Notes: generated by a model from the letters alone, not told the origin. DNA of 64,000 nt from Gammaproteobacteria bacterium (GCA_045563715.1 JBJLIP010000001.1:129131-193130), one strand, 5' to 3'; positions 28,046-38,707 are shown, counted from the stretch's first letter. A program made the numbers and translations.

Positions 28046-28132
28046 TTTTAATATCCTTGTAATGTTTTATATGAACAATGCTAACCTCACATTACTAAAG
28101 TAAGCGTGCGAATATTATAACTTATTATGCTT

Positions 28133-28972
28133 TTAAACAAGCTGTTTATGATTTAAGAAACTGTCTTTAATTTCTCCAATACCAATAAAAGTATTATCTT
28201 TGTTATAAACTCTGTAAATATTATCTCTTTTTTTCAGTCCAGAAATAGTTACGCCATTAATAAATTTCTTTTCGTCTTTAGGTATGATGGTAATACTGTC
28301 AAGATCTTCAAAAGCACTTTCGATACTGATTATGTCATCTTTTGATATATGGCTTATTTCCTTTGACTTAGATATACAAAATTTGCCTTGAGATATTCTT
28401 GTAAGTGATTTCATATGTGCACCACAACCTAGCTTCTCACCCAGATCTCTTGCAATCGATCTGATATATGTGCCTTTTGAGCATTGAATTCTAAAAGAGC
28501 ATATCTTATTTTTATATTTGAAATTATCTATATCTGTAACTTTAATTTTTCTTGCGGGTTTTGAAATGAACTCTCCTTTTCTTGCATAATAATAAAGAGG
28601 TTTTCCTTTATGTTTTAGTGCAGAAAAAAAAGGTGGAACTTGCAAGGATTCTCCTTTAAATCGATATAACTCTTTCATTACTGACGCTTCATTAGGACAA
28701 TCATTAGATTTAGAAATTATATTTCCGGTTGAATCATCTGTATCTGTAGAAATACCAAGAGATACTTCAACATTGTAAGATTTATTAGACTCAAGGAAGT
28801 AACTTGAAAATTTTGTTGCTCTGTCAATTGCTAAAACTAATAATCCTGAAGCAAGTGGATCCAATGTCCCCGTGTGACCAACTTTTTTTGCTTTTATTTT
28901 TTTTTTAATTTCTTGGACTACAAAATTTGAGCTAACATCTTTTTGTTTGTTAACTAAAATAAACCCATTCAT
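28133..28972 (-). CDS. truB: tRNA pseudouridine-55 synthase
   Basis: 279 aa. Catalytic-Asp motif (KVGHTGTLDPLASGLLVL) and C-terminal PUA-like region. Confidence 0.92.
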   Translation of the reverse strand: MNGFILVNKQKDVSSNFVVQEIKKKIKAKKVGHTGTLDPLASGLLVLAIDRATKFSSYFLESNKSYNVEVSLGISTDTDDSTGNIISKSNDCPNEASVMKELYRFKGESLQVPPFFSALKHKGKPLYYYARKGEFISKPARKIKVTDIDNFKYKNKICSFRIQCSKGTYIRSIARDLGEKLGCGAHMKSLTRISQGKFCISKSKEISHISKDDIISIESAFEDLDSITIIPKDEKKFINGVTISGLKKRDNIYRVYNKDNTFIGIGEIKDSFLNHKQLV

Positions 28973-29319
28973 TATTTTAAATTTCTTAAGAGTTTTTCAA
29001 TATTTTCTGAGTATTCAATGCTCTCATCAAATCTAAAATTAATTTTTGGTATTCTCCTGATCTTAATATTCTTAGCTAAAGTTGATCTAATCATACCTGA
29101 GAGCTTAGTAAGAACTTTTTTATCAATATCACTTTCAGATTTACTTATGGATTTTCCAATAACTGTGTAAAAAACTGTGGCTATGCCAATGTCATCAGAA
29201 ACTTTAACTGCCGTAATATTGATATTTTGTAGTCTTGGATCTTTTATATCATTAGTAATGATTGTTGAGATTTCTTTTTTTAATAAATCACTTACTTTAT
29301 CTGATCTATTTGATGTCAT
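28972..29319 (-). CDS. rbfA: Ribosome-binding factor A
   Basis: 115 aa. KH-like RbfA pattern (DPRLQNINITAVKVSDDIGIATVFY) and infB-rbfA-truB order. Confidence 0.9.
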   Translation of the reverse strand: MTSNRSDKVSDLLKKEISTIITNDIKDPRLQNINITAVKVSDDIGIATVFYTVIGKSISKSESDIDKKVLTKLSGMIRSTLAKNIKIRRIPKINFRFDESIEYSENIEKLLRNLK

Positions 29320-29324
29320 AAATT

Positions 29325-31589
29325 TTATATAGTTTGAGCTTCTTCTTTCCTGTCAAATACCTCAATTTTATCTCCAGGTTTTATATCCTTATAATTCTTA
29401 ATGCCCATTCCACACTCATTTCCGTTTTTAACTTCATTTACATCTTCTTTAAAACGCCTTAATGAGTTTAATTCTCCTTCAAAAATTACAATATCATCCC
29501 TAAGAACTCTTACAGGTTTGTTTCTGAGAACATTTCCTTCTATAACATTACAACCAGCGACTTGACCAAATTTAGGAGAGTTAAATACTTCCAAAACCTC
29601 AGCAGTTCCCACTATCTCTTCTTTAATAATTGGATCAAGTAGCCCACTCATTCTTGCTTTTACATCATCAAGCAATTCATAAATAATGCTGTGATAGCTT
29701 AGCGGTATAGCCTCTTCTTCTATTATTTTTTTAGCTGAGTTATCTGCTCTAACATTAAATCCTAAAATAATTGATTCAACAGCAACAGCTAAATTTGCAT
29801 CAGATTCACTTATTCCCCCAACTCCACTTGATACTATTTTTACCTTTGCTTTTTCATTTCCAAGATCATTAAGTGCAGCGAGAATTGCTTCACAAGTTCC
29901 TCCAACATCTGTTTTTACTATAACATTTAGAACTTTTTTTGATTCTTGGCCAAGTGTTTCAAATAAATCTCCAGCAGATTCATCTTTTTGTTTTAATAAT
30001 TTTTTTTCTTTTTCTTTTGTAGTTCTATATTCAGAAATTTCTCTTGCTTGTTTGTCATTTTTAACAACCTGAAATTTATCTCCAGCCGTAGGAACTGAAT
30101 TTAAACCAAGAACTTCCACCGCCGCTGATGGTCCTGCTTGTTTAATTTTATTACCATCACTGTTAACAATGCTTTTAATTTTGCCAATTGCATTACCAGA
30201 AACTACTAAATCACCAACTTTAAGTGTTCCATTCTGAATTAAAAAAGTAGAAACTGAGCCTCTAAACTTGTCTAATTCTGATTCAATAATCACTCCTTGC
30301 GCCGCTCCTTCATGGTGTGCTTTTAATTCTAGTATTTCAGCCTCGAGTGCAATTCTTTCTAAAAGGTCATCTACCCCATCACCTTTAAGAGCTGAAACTG
30401 GAACCATTTGAATATTTCCTCCCCAGTCATCTGGAGTTAAATCTCTTGCAGCAAGATCCCCCTTAACCTTCTCAGGATCTGCTCCGTCCAAATCTATCTT
30501 ATTGATAGCTACTACTATTGAAACTCCAGCAGCTTTAGCATGGTTTATGGCCTCTTCTGTTTGTGGTTTGATTCCATCATTGGCAGCAACTACTAATACT
30601 ACAATGTCAGTTGTATTAGCTCCTCTCGCTCTCATAGAAGAAAATGCTGCGTGTCCAGGTGTATCAATAAATGTCAACTTACCTTTTGAGGTATCGACCT
30701 CATAAGCCCCTATATGTTGTGTTATACCTCCAGCCTCTCCGTCAACAACCTTAGTCTTTCTTATAAAATCTAACAAAGTTGTTTTTCCATGATCCACATG
30801 ACCCATAACAGTTATTACAGCTGGTCTGATTTTGGGCTCATCGTTATACTGTATTAAGTTTGCAAGATCTTCTTCAAGATTTTCTTCTTGAACAGCTACA
30901 CCGTTATGTCCGATTTCTTCAACAACTAGAATTGCTGTTTCTTGATCAATAAAATCATTTAAAGTTGCAATAACTCCTAAGCTCATTAAATTTTTAACAA
31001 CTTCACCACCTTTAACGGCCATAGATTTAGCAAGTTCTCCTACTTGAATCGTATTAGGAACTTCGATATCTTTTTTTATAAATTCTTTTGGTGCCTCAAA
31101 TTGATGCTTTGAGTCTTCAAAATTAGCGCCTTCTTTTCTTTTATATGCACTTACAGCACTTGATAGTTGATCTTTTACATCAACAGGTTTTAAATTTTGT
31201 TTAACTTCAACTTTCTTAGCAAATTTATTTTTCTGTTCTTGCTTCTGTTTTGTGGCTGCTTTTAGTTGCTCTTCTCTTTTAGTTTGTTGCTCTTTTAGCT
31301 GTTCAGATGCAGCAGCTCTTTTTGCTTCAATATTATCAGAGTAACTTTTCTTAGATGCTGTTGATAGTGAAGATTTACCTTTCGAAGTTACAGTCACGCC
31401 TGAATCTGATTTAATAGACTGTGATTGCGTCTTAGTACCCTTAAGAAATCTTAATAGAGCTTGTTTGTCTGAAGCAGTAACTTCATCAGACTCATTTGAA
31501 TGACTCAAACCAGCTTTCTGCATCCTATCTATAAGAGCCTTGTCAGAAATCTTTAATGTCTTTGCAAAATCTTTTACTGTTATTGCCAA
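29325..31589 (-). CDS. infB: Translation initiation factor IF-2
   Basis: 754 aa with a TTG start. Lys/Gln/Glu-rich N-region and GTPase domain (VMGHVDHGKTTLLD; DTPGHAAF; NKID). Confidence 0.95.
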   Translation of the reverse strand: MAITVKDFAKTLKISDKALIDRMQKAGLSHSNESDEVTASDKQALLRFLKGTKTQSQSIKSDSGVTVTSKGKSSLSTASKKSYSDNIEAKRAAASEQLKEQQTKREEQLKAATKQKQEQKNKFAKKVEVKQNLKPVDVKDQLSSAVSAYKRKEGANFEDSKHQFEAPKEFIKKDIEVPNTIQVGELAKSMAVKGGEVVKNLMSLGVIATLNDFIDQETAILVVEEIGHNGVAVQEENLEEDLANLIQYNDEPKIRPAVITVMGHVDHGKTTLLDFIRKTKVVDGEAGGITQHIGAYEVDTSKGKLTFIDTPGHAAFSSMRARGANTTDIVVLVVAANDGIKPQTEEAINHAKAAGVSIVVAINKIDLDGADPEKVKGDLAARDLTPDDWGGNIQMVPVSALKGDGVDDLLERIALEAEILELKAHHEGAAQGVIIESELDKFRGSVSTFLIQNGTLKVGDLVVSGNAIGKIKSIVNSDGNKIKQAGPSAAVEVLGLNSVPTAGDKFQVVKNDKQAREISEYRTTKEKEKKLLKQKDESAGDLFETLGQESKKVLNVIVKTDVGGTCEAILAALNDLGNEKAKVKIVSSGVGGISESDANLAVAVESIILGFNVRADNSAKKIIEEEAIPLSYHSIIYELLDDVKARMSGLLDPIIKEEIVGTAEVLEVFNSPKFGQVAGCNVIEGNVLRNKPVRVLRDDIVIFEGELNSLRRFKEDVNEVKNGNECGMGIKNYKDIKPGDKIEVFDRKEEAQTI

Positions 31590-31602
31590 AATATTTCCTT
31601 TT

Positions 31603-33063
31603 TTAATTAAACCAATGTTCTCTTGCTTTCATTATCATTTTAGATGCATCATCTTCTGAAATATCAATAATTTCTTGAAGTTCATCAATCGAAAGTTCTG
31701 CAAGATCGTCTTTATTCTTGATGCCTTTATTAGACAATTTTAGAATACTCTCCTCATCTAAACTCAAGTCTGTAAGAGATTCAACATTATCCTCTTCTTC
31801 AGTTACAGCTCCCATTGCTTCCAACAAAGCAGCGTCTTCAGCAGCAGACTTAATTCTGTTTATCTCTTCCTCCGAATCAATGTATTGATTAAATACACTA
31901 TTATCTGCATAGGCAATATCATCAAAACTTGAAAGACCACTTGATATAACTTTTTCAGCAATATCTTCTTTTATATTTAAGTTATCAACAATTTTTGCTA
32001 AGAATTCGGTTTCATCTACCTTAACTTTTGCTTCTGCCTCCTCATTGCTAATAATATTTAAATTCCATCCTACTAGCTTTGAAGCTAAACGGATATTTTG
32101 CCCTCTAGAGCCAATAGCAAGAGCTAGATTATCTTCATTGACTGCAATATCCATGGATCTGGAATCTTCATCCATAACTATAGATTCAACTTTTGCTGGG
32201 GATAACGCATTTATTACTAATTGTGCTGGATTGTCATCAAAAATAATTATGTCTATTCTTTCATTTCCAAGCTCTGATGAAACAGCTTGAACTCTTGAGC
32301 CTCTCATACCCACACAAGCCCCAACGGGGTCTATCCTTCCATCATTAGTTTTTACAGCTATTTTTGATCTTGAGCCAGCATCTCTGGCAATACCTCTAAT
32401 TTCAATAATATCCTCATTAATTTCAGGCACTTCTATATTAAATAATTCTGTTACCATCTCAGGGCATGAGCGGTTTAACATCAGTTGCGGTCCTCTACCT
32501 TCAACTTCAGTAATCTGAAGAACAGCCCTAATCCTATCGTTGATTTTATAAATCTCTCCTGGCATTAATTTATCTCTAGGTAGTAAAGCCTCTGCTTCAT
32601 GAGTTATATCTACAATAATGTTATCTCTGGTTACTCTTTTAACTGAACCGGATACTAATTTATTATTTTGTGATCTAAATTGTTCAACAATCTTTTCTCT
32701 TTCAGCTTCTCTAACTTTTTGAAGCATCACTTGTCTGGCAGCTTGAGTCTCAATCCTTCCAAAGGCTACATTCTCTTGTTGAAGTGAGAATGTATCACCA
32801 ATATTCATATTCGAGTCTTCTGAAGATATATGAGTTTCGTGATGAAATTCATCGTCATCCTTATCAAACACTAACCAATTTCTATGGGTTGAATATTCTC
32901 CAGTTTCTCTGTCAATTTGGACATATAAATCAGCATCTTCATGAAAATGCCTGTAGGATGCTGAGGCAATAGCAACCTCAATTGCTTTAAAAATAATATC
33001 TTTTTCTAAGCCTTTTTCTGTTGATACTGAATCAACAACTTCTAAAATTTCATTACTTTGCAT
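31603..33063 (-). CDS. nusA: Transcription termination/antitermination factor NusA
   Basis: 486 aa. N-terminal domain, S1, two KH domains (RGSRVQAVSSELGNERIDII; GSRGQNIRLASKLVGWNLNI) and C-terminal acidic HhH repeats. Confidence 0.95.
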   Translation of the reverse strand: MQSNEILEVVDSVSTEKGLEKDIIFKAIEVAIASASYRHFHEDADLYVQIDRETGEYSTHRNWLVFDKDDDEFHHETHISSEDSNMNIGDTFSLQQENVAFGRIETQAARQVMLQKVREAEREKIVEQFRSQNNKLVSGSVKRVTRDNIIVDITHEAEALLPRDKLMPGEIYKINDRIRAVLQITEVEGRGPQLMLNRSCPEMVTELFNIEVPEINEDIIEIRGIARDAGSRSKIAVKTNDGRIDPVGACVGMRGSRVQAVSSELGNERIDIIIFDDNPAQLVINALSPAKVESIVMDEDSRSMDIAVNEDNLALAIGSRGQNIRLASKLVGWNLNIISNEEAEAKVKVDETEFLAKIVDNLNIKEDIAEKVISSGLSSFDDIAYADNSVFNQYIDSEEEINRIKSAAEDAALLEAMGAVTEEEDNVESLTDLSLDEESILKLSNKGIKNKDDLAELSIDELQEIIDISEDDASKMIMKAREHWFN

Positions 33064-33541
33064 GAGAATATTCCTTTATTAATTTATTATAGTTTGGTTT
33101 TAATTTACATATATCTATTTCAGTAAATTTAAATTTAGTTAATTCTGCTTTGTTGTGATCCTTTAAATAAAAATGTTTTTCATCACATTTACTTAATATT
33201 CCTGAAAATTTTCTTTTTCCATCAATTAATTCTTTAGTCCTTAGCTCTAATTCTTCTCCAAGGAAATTATAAAGCTGATCTATATTGAAAAATTTCCTAT
33301 CAACACCAGGGCTCGAAACTTCTAAAACATAATCATCGCCAAGACTAATATCTAACATAGGTTCATAACCTAGATCTCTTGAGATATTTTCACAATCATT
33401 GATATCTACTGTTTCATTTGAATCTATGAAGATCCTCAAAGTATTTCTTTTTTTACCTCTTAAAATTTCTATACCCCATAAAATACAATTATTCCTGTTT
33501 ACAACAGGTTCGATAATATTTTTATATTCATCTTTATTCAT
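33053..33541 (-). CDS. rimP: Ribosome maturation factor RimP
   Basis: 162 aa. The motif LEVSSPGVDRKF and the position upstream of nusA match rimP. 11-nt overlap with nusA. Confidence 0.88.
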   Translation of the reverse strand: MNKDEYKNIIEPVVNRNNCILWGIEILRGKKRNTLRIFIDSNETVDINDCENISRDLGYEPMLDISLGDDYVLEVSSPGVDRKFFNIDQLYNFLGEELELRTKELIDGKRKFSGILSKCDEKHFYLKDHNKAELTKFKFTEIDICKLKPNYNKLIKEYSHAK

Positions 33542-33550
33542 TTTTCATAT

Positions 33551-33570
33551 AAAAAAGGGGCATATGCCCC
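33551..33570 (-). terminator. Rho-independent terminator between tRNA-fMet and rimP (potentially bidirectional)
   Basis: GC-rich palindrome GGGGCATATGCCCC (33557-33570) followed on the minus strand by TTTTTT (33556-33551), with an A6 run on the other side. It is the only strong GC hairpin plus T-tract I found. Its position matches the metY terminator upstream of rimP-nusA-infB in E. coli. Confidence 0.6.
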
Positions 33571-33589
33571 ACAAAAAATTATTTAACTG

Positions 33590-33666
<77 letters not shown>

Positions 33667-33681
33667 ACGCAGCGAACATGA

Positions 33682-33710
33682 AGTTTATGAAAGTAAGATA
33701 GATTGGTCAA
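33682..33710 (-). promoter_or_regulatory. Putative sigma-70 promoter for tRNA-fMet (TTGACC - 17 nt - TAAACT)
   Basis: Read on the minus strand, -35 TTGACC is at 33710-33705 and -10 TAAACT is at 33687-33682, ending 15 nt before the mature tRNA 5' end. Motif match only. Confidence 0.4.
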
Positions 33711-33741
33711 GTAAATTTTATATTAGATCATAATATAATGT

Positions 33742-33750
33742 TGCTATAAT
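33742..33750 (+). promoter_or_regulatory. Putative extended -10 promoter (TGcTATAAT) for tRNA-Leu
   Basis: TGCTATAAT at 33742-33750, ending 9 nt before the tRNA-Leu 5' end. Only a weak -35 candidate (TTAGAT, 33723-33728). Confidence 0.45.
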
Positions 33751-33759
33751 CACGTTTTT

Positions 33760-33846
33760 GCCGAAGTGGTGGAATTGGTAGACACGCTAGCTTGAGGGGC
33801 TAGTGAGTGAAAACTCGTGCGGGTTCAAGTCCCGCCTTCGGCACCA
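33760..33846 (+). tRNA. tRNA-Leu (anticodon GAG), type II with long variable arm
   Basis: 87 nt. Acceptor GCCGAAG/CTTCGGC, anticodon stem CTAGC/GCTAG with loop TTGAGGG, long variable arm, T-arm GCGGG-TTCAAGT-CCCGC, encoded ACCA. Very similar to E. coli leuU. Confidence 0.92.
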
Positions 33847-33852
33847 ATTAAA

Positions 33853-34164
33853 CTATTGGCTAGGAAAATCACCAGTAGTATCTTCTTTCTCTTCTTTTGC
33901 AATCTCAGTATCTTCAAAAAGATTCTTATTATCATCAAATTTTACTAAATATGCTAAAGCCATAGATAATATAAGCCATATTGCAACTAAAATATAAGTG
34001 AGTTTCCCAAGAAAACCTGAAGGACCAAGTGCTCCAAACATAGAATTTGATGAACCTCCGCCAAAAGCTGAACCTAAATCAGAACCTTTTCCTTGCTGAA
34101 GCAAAACCAAGGCAATTATTGCTGTTGCTAAAATTATACATATAACTGTTATAAAAATTATCAT
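33853..34164 (-). CDS. secG: Preprotein translocase subunit SecG
   Basis: 103 aa. Characteristic LLQQGKGSDLGSAFGGGSSNSMFG loop between two TM helices. Confidence 0.88.
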   Translation of the reverse strand: MIIFITVICIILATAIIALVLLQQGKGSDLGSAFGGGSSNSMFGALGPSGFLGKLTYILVAIWLILSMALAYLVKFDDNKNLFEDTEIAKEEKEDTTGDFPSQ

Positions 34165-34898
34165 CTGTCTAAAGTTCCATTAAAAATATTTACTATTTCT
34201 GCAAAGATGAAGCCATCTAAAGATGCGCCACCAATCAATGCCCCGTCCACAAACTCTTGATTAAAAAAGCTCTTAGCATTTTTATCTGTAACACTGCCGC
34301 CATACAAAACGTCTGGTACAAGATTATTTGTAGAGAAGGATTGTACAACATCTTTAATAAATTTATGAATTTCATTTATTTCTTCTGGATGAGGAGTTTT
34401 ACCACTTCCAATAGCCCATACAGGTTCATATGCAACTGTAAACAAATCATGCAAATCACAATCTTTAATTATTTCTAGTTGAGTTCGAAGTACGTTTTTG
34501 GTCTGCCCTTCAATATTTTCTTTCTTGGTTTCTCCAATGCACAGGATAGGCGTTATCTTTTTATTAAGATTTATAATCTTTTCTTTTATCTGCTCATTGG
34601 TTTCTTTATACAATTCTCTTCTTTCTGAATGGCCGATAATTGAAAATTTACATCCTAAATCTATCGCCATTTCAGCTGAAATAGATCCAGTTCTGGCTCC
34701 AGAAAAAGATTCTATATCTTGTAATCCTGTATTTATATTAGGTCTAATTAAGTTGTTAATTTGGTCAATATATATTGATGGAGGAGCAATACCTATAAAG
34801 GTTTTATTGTTTTTAAATGAATAATTTTCAAAAAATTTATTAACCCAATCTATTGCCATTTTTCTGCTGCCATTAGATTTCCAGTTTGCAATTAACAT
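34161..34898 (-). CDS. tpiA: Triosephosphate isomerase
   Basis: 245 aa. Motifs ANWKSNG, IIGHSERR, AYEPVWAIGSGKT and GGASLD. Confidence 0.92.
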   Translation of the reverse strand: MLIANWKSNGSRKMAIDWVNKFFENYSFKNNKTFIGIAPPSIYIDQINNLIRPNINTGLQDIESFSGARTGSISAEMAIDLGCKFSIIGHSERRELYKETNEQIKEKIINLNKKITPILCIGETKKENIEGQTKNVLRTQLEIIKDCDLHDLFTVAYEPVWAIGSGKTPHPEEINEIHKFIKDVVQSFSTNNLVPDVLYGGSVTDKNAKSFFNQEFVDGALIGGASLDGFIFAEIVNIFNGTLDR

Positions 34899-36221
34899 TT
34901 ATGATTTAGATTTTATAAGCTTTTCAATATCATCCGCAAACTTTTCAGCAACTTTTTCCTCTGGTGCCTCAACCATAATTCTAATTTTTAATTCTGTTCC
35001 AGAAGGTCTTACTAACAATCTTCCAACAGTCATATCAGATTCAATTTCTTTTAAGAGAGTCTTTAAATCCTTATCATTAACAATATCTTTATTTGATACC
35101 GAGACTGCCTTGTTTACTTGAGGAATTTTAGTGTAATTACATAATATTTCTGAAGGTTTTTTTTCTAACATAAGCAATGAAGAAATAACTTTTAGTGCAG
35201 CTATTGTTCCGTCACCCGTACTAACCAAATCTTTACATATGATGTGACCTGAGGTTTCGCCCCCCAACATCCATCCTTTATCTAATAGCATTTTGCTGAC
35301 ATGTTTATCACCAACATCTGCTCTTTTAAATTTATATCCAAGTTTTTTTAATCCATCCTCAAGTCCAAGATTACTCATAAGCGTTCCAACAACACCCGAC
35401 CATGGTCCTGTTCTGTTTGGATTAGAAAAAGCCAATATATAGAGTAAATCGTCTCCATCTAGAACGTTACCCTTTTCGTCAACCAATATGACTCTATCGC
35501 CATCACCATCTAGTGATATTCCGTAATCTGCTCTATGCTTGATGACCTCTTGTTGTATAAGCTCAGGATGGGTCGAACCACAATCCTCGTTAATATTGTA
35601 ACCGTCTGGATTATCTCCCAGAGTGATAACTTCAGCTCCTAATTCTTCAAATATTTCAGGGCTAACTTTATAACATGCTCCATTTGCGCAATCTAAAACA
35701 ATTCTCAGAGAGGAGAATGATATATTCGAAGGAACTGTAGACTTACAGAACTCAATATACCTTGGGCCTGATTCATCAAATCTATAAGCTTTACCTATTT
35801 TTGATGTTTTAACAGGTTTTAAGTCTGATGCTATGTATTTTTCAATCCTTTTTTCAATGTCTCTAGAAATCTTTTCTCCATCATCATTAAAGATCTTAAT
35901 CCCGTTATCTAAAAAATCGTTGTGAGAGGCGCTTATAACTACTCCAAATTTATTCCTAAGAGTTTTAGTTAGGTATGCGATACCCGGAGTTGGTAATGGT
36001 CCAGCTAGTTGCACATCCACTCCGGCAGCTATAAAACCAGCTTGTAATGCAGATTCAAGCATATAACCTGAGATTCTAGTATCTTTTCCAATGACTACTG
36101 TATTCCACCCCAATTCCTTCATGACAAATCCAGTGGCATGGCCTATTTTGAGGCATGCTTCGGGTGTTATTAAGCTTTCGACAGGTCCCCTTATCCCATC
36201 GGTGCCAAATTTAAGGTTCAT
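34899..36221 (-). CDS. glmM: Phosphoglucosamine mutase
   Basis: 440 aa. N-terminal FGTDGIRG, active-site ISASHN, Mg site DGDGDR, and GGETSGH. Confidence 0.95.
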   Translation of the reverse strand: MNLKFGTDGIRGPVESLITPEACLKIGHATGFVMKELGWNTVVIGKDTRISGYMLESALQAGFIAAGVDVQLAGPLPTPGIAYLTKTLRNKFGVVISASHNDFLDNGIKIFNDDGEKISRDIEKRIEKYIASDLKPVKTSKIGKAYRFDESGPRYIEFCKSTVPSNISFSSLRIVLDCANGACYKVSPEIFEELGAEVITLGDNPDGYNINEDCGSTHPELIQQEVIKHRADYGISLDGDGDRVILVDEKGNVLDGDDLLYILAFSNPNRTGPWSGVVGTLMSNLGLEDGLKKLGYKFKRADVGDKHVSKMLLDKGWMLGGETSGHIICKDLVSTGDGTIAALKVISSLLMLEKKPSEILCNYTKIPQVNKAVSVSNKDIVNDKDLKTLLKEIESDMTVGRLLVRPSGTELKIRIMVEAPEEKVAEKFADDIEKLIKSKS

Positions 36222-36230
36222 TGTAAAGAA

Positions 36231-38138
36231 TTATAACTCTTCTGCTGTGCCTTTTATTGAACTTTTTGTGGTAGATTTACCAGAGGGAGTATCATCTGAC
36301 CAGCCCTTAGGTTCTCTTGGAGTTGCTCCAGCCATGATGTCATCAATTTGATTGGCATCTATAGTTTCATATTTAAGTAAGGCATCAGCCATAACATTCA
36401 ACTTATCTAAATTTTCTTTTAAAATATTTTCAGCTTTAGAATAACAAAGATCTATAATTGATTTGACTTCTTTATCTATTAATTTAGCAGTTTCATTGCT
36501 CATATTCTGAGCAGGCGCTGCTGCAGATCTTCCCAGAAAAGGGCTGCCTTCATCTTCGCCATACTTTAACGGGCCTATGTTTTTCGATAGCCCCCATTTT
36601 GTAACCATGTTCGTAGCAATGTTCGTAGCTACTTCTATGTCGTTTGAGGCTCCCGTTGTTATTCCTTTATCACCATTAATTATATTCTCAGCAATTCTTC
36701 CACCAAATAACGCTGCAATTCTGCCTTCTAAATATTCTTTACTTTGCATGTACGTATCTTCTTCAGGCAAAAACATAGTTACTCCTAATGCTCTGCCTCT
36801 TGGAATGATAGTAACTTTATACACTGGATCATGTTTTGGTGAGAGCCTTCCAACAATTGCATGTCCAGCTTCATGATAAGCAGTAATTCTCTTCTGTTCT
36901 TCACTGAGAATCATTGATTTGCGCTCTGCACCCATCATAATTTTATCTTTAGCTAGATCTAAGTGAGATTGGTCGATTTTCTTATCTGAGTATCTTGCAG
37001 CAAATAAAGCCGCTTCATTAATCAAATTGGCTAAATCAGCTCCAGAGAATCCAGGAGTACCTCTTGCTAATACAAGCGGATCAACATCAGCATCTAATGG
37101 CACTTTTCGCATGTGGACTTTTAAAATTGCTTCTCTACCTCTAATATCTGGTAAATCTACAACTACTTGTCTATCAAATCTTCCAGGCCTTAACAGTGCG
37201 GGATCAAGAACGTCCGGTCTATTTGTAGCAGCAATTACTATGACTCCATCATTACCCTCGAAACCATCCATTTCAACAAGCAATTGATTAAGAGTTTGTT
37301 CTCTTTCATCGTGTCCACCGCCCAGACCAGCTCCTCTATGCCTTCCAACTGCATCTATTTCGTCAATAAAAACAATGCACGGAGATTGTTTTTTTGCTTG
37401 TTCAAACATATCTCTGACCCTTGATGCTCCTACTCCAACAAACATTTCTACAAAATCAGAACCAGAAATCGTAAAAAATGGTACCTTGGCTTCACCAGCA
37501 ACTGCTCTAGCTATAAGTGTTTTACCGGTTCCAGGAGGACCAACCATCAACACACCTCTTGGTATTTTTCCACCTAACTTTTGAAATTTAGTAGGATCTC
37601 TTAAAAAATCAACTAATTCTTGAACATCTTGTTTAGCCTCTTCACAACCCGCAACATCTTTGAAAGTTGTTTTTACTTTTCCACCCTCCATCAATTTGGC
37701 CTTACTTCTTCCAAATGACATCGGGCCACCTTTTCCAGACATTCCTCCCTGCATCTGTCTCATAAAGAAGAAAAAGATTGCAAGCAATAATAATATTGGA
37801 AATGCTCCTACTAATAATTGAGAGAAAATTGAAGGCTGTTCAGGTTTTTCATAAACTGTGACGACGTTATTTTCTTGAATTGCTTTTTCAACAGCTTCAT
37901 CTGATTTGTATAACGATCCTGTTGTTTCAAATCTTGATCCATCAAGCCTATTGCCAATAATAGTTTGCTGGTCACCTTTAAAAATAATTTTTTCAACATT
38001 ACCTGAAATAACATCTCTTTGAAATTCACTATAATCTATTTTATCTCCAGATGATGAGCTATTTAAATTATTAAAAACATAAACCATGAGTGAGCCGAGA
38101 ATGACCCAAACAACTAAATTTCTTAAAGTACTACTCAT
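36231..38138 (-). CDS. ftsH: ATP-dependent zinc metalloprotease FtsH
   Basis: 635 aa. Two N-terminal TM helices, AAA+ Walker [12 protein letters not shown] region, and zinc motif HEAGHAIV. Confidence 0.96.
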   Translation of the reverse strand: MSSTLRNLVVWVILGSLMVYVFNNLNSSSSGDKIDYSEFQRDVISGNVEKIIFKGDQQTIIGNRLDGSRFETTGSLYKSDEAVEKAIQENNVVTVYEKPEQPSIFSQLLVGAFPILLLLAIFFFFMRQMQGGMSGKGGPMSFGRSKAKLMEGGKVKTTFKDVAGCEEAKQDVQELVDFLRDPTKFQKLGGKIPRGVLMVGPPGTGKTLIARAVAGEAKVPFFTISGSDFVEMFVGVGASRVRDMFEQAKKQSPCIVFIDEIDAVGRHRGAGLGGGHDEREQTLNQLLVEMDGFEGNDGVIVIAATNRPDVLDPALLRPGRFDRQVVVDLPDIRGREAILKVHMRKVPLDADVDPLVLARGTPGFSGADLANLINEAALFAARYSDKKIDQSHLDLAKDKIMMGAERKSMILSEEQKRITAYHEAGHAIVGRLSPKHDPVYKVTIIPRGRALGVTMFLPEEDTYMQSKEYLEGRIAALFGGRIAENIINGDKGITTGASNDIEVATNIATNMVTKWGLSKNIGPLKYGEDEGSPFLGRSAAAPAQNMSNETAKLIDKEVKSIIDLCYSKAENILKENLDKLNVMADALLKYETIDANQIDDIMAGATPREPKGWSDDTPSGKSTTKSSIKGTAEEL

Positions 38139-38142
38139 AAAA

Positions 38143-38706
38143 TTATCTTACTCCGTATAAATAAATCTCACCTGATTGTTTTTTTGATGCAGCAGGTTTA
38201 TAAGTCTGAACTACTTTAAAAAATAATTCCATTTCTTTTCTCAATTTTTTTAACATATTATTTTGAAAAGTTTTCATTATTAACACTCCATCAATTGACA
38301 AATAATCTTTTGCAGTCATAACTGTAAGTTGATTAAGATCATAAATGTTTTCATTATCAATTGCGCCAATACCACTCAAGTTTGGGGCTATATCAGAAAT
38401 TACAAGATTAAATGAGCCTTTAAATTTCTTTATTTCAGGAATATTATCAATACATTCGATGCCTTCTTGATAAAAATGGACTCCATCAATTGGCTCCATT
38501 TCTAAAATATCAATCGCAAATACTATTGAGCTATCATATTTTTTTACAATGTATTGTGACCAACCTCCAGGGGATGAGCCTAAGTCCAGAACATTATAAT
38601 ATCTTTTTTTTGAGTCAAACTTTTGCAGAATCTCTTCTAACTTAAATACAGCCCTGGAACGGTAACCCATCTGCTTTGCCTTGTTGGCCCAATTATCAGC
38701 ATGCAT
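38143..38706 (-). CDS. rlmE: 23S rRNA (uridine2552-2'-O)-methyltransferase
   Basis: 187 aa. [12 protein letters not shown] and SAM motif [14 protein letters not shown]. Lies upstream of ftsH. About 16-20 aa shorter at the N-terminus than the E. coli protein as I recall it. Confidence 0.9.
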   Translation of the reverse strand: MHADNWANKAKQMGYRSRAVFKLEEILQKFDSKKRYYNVLDLGSSPGGWSQYIVKKYDSSIVFAIDILEMEPIDGVHFYQEGIECIDNIPEIKKFKGSFNLVISDIAPNLSGIGAIDNENIYDLNQLTVMTAKDYLSIDGVLIMKTFQNNMLKKLRKEMELFFKVVQTYKPAASKKQSGEIYLYGVR

Positions 38707-38707
38707 T

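Noticed and set aside
33803-33997. 64-aa plus-strand ORF overlapping the 3' half of tRNA-Leu and running antisense to secG.
   Set aside because: It starts inside a structural tRNA and overlaps a well-supported secG on the opposite strand. The translation has no recognisable features.
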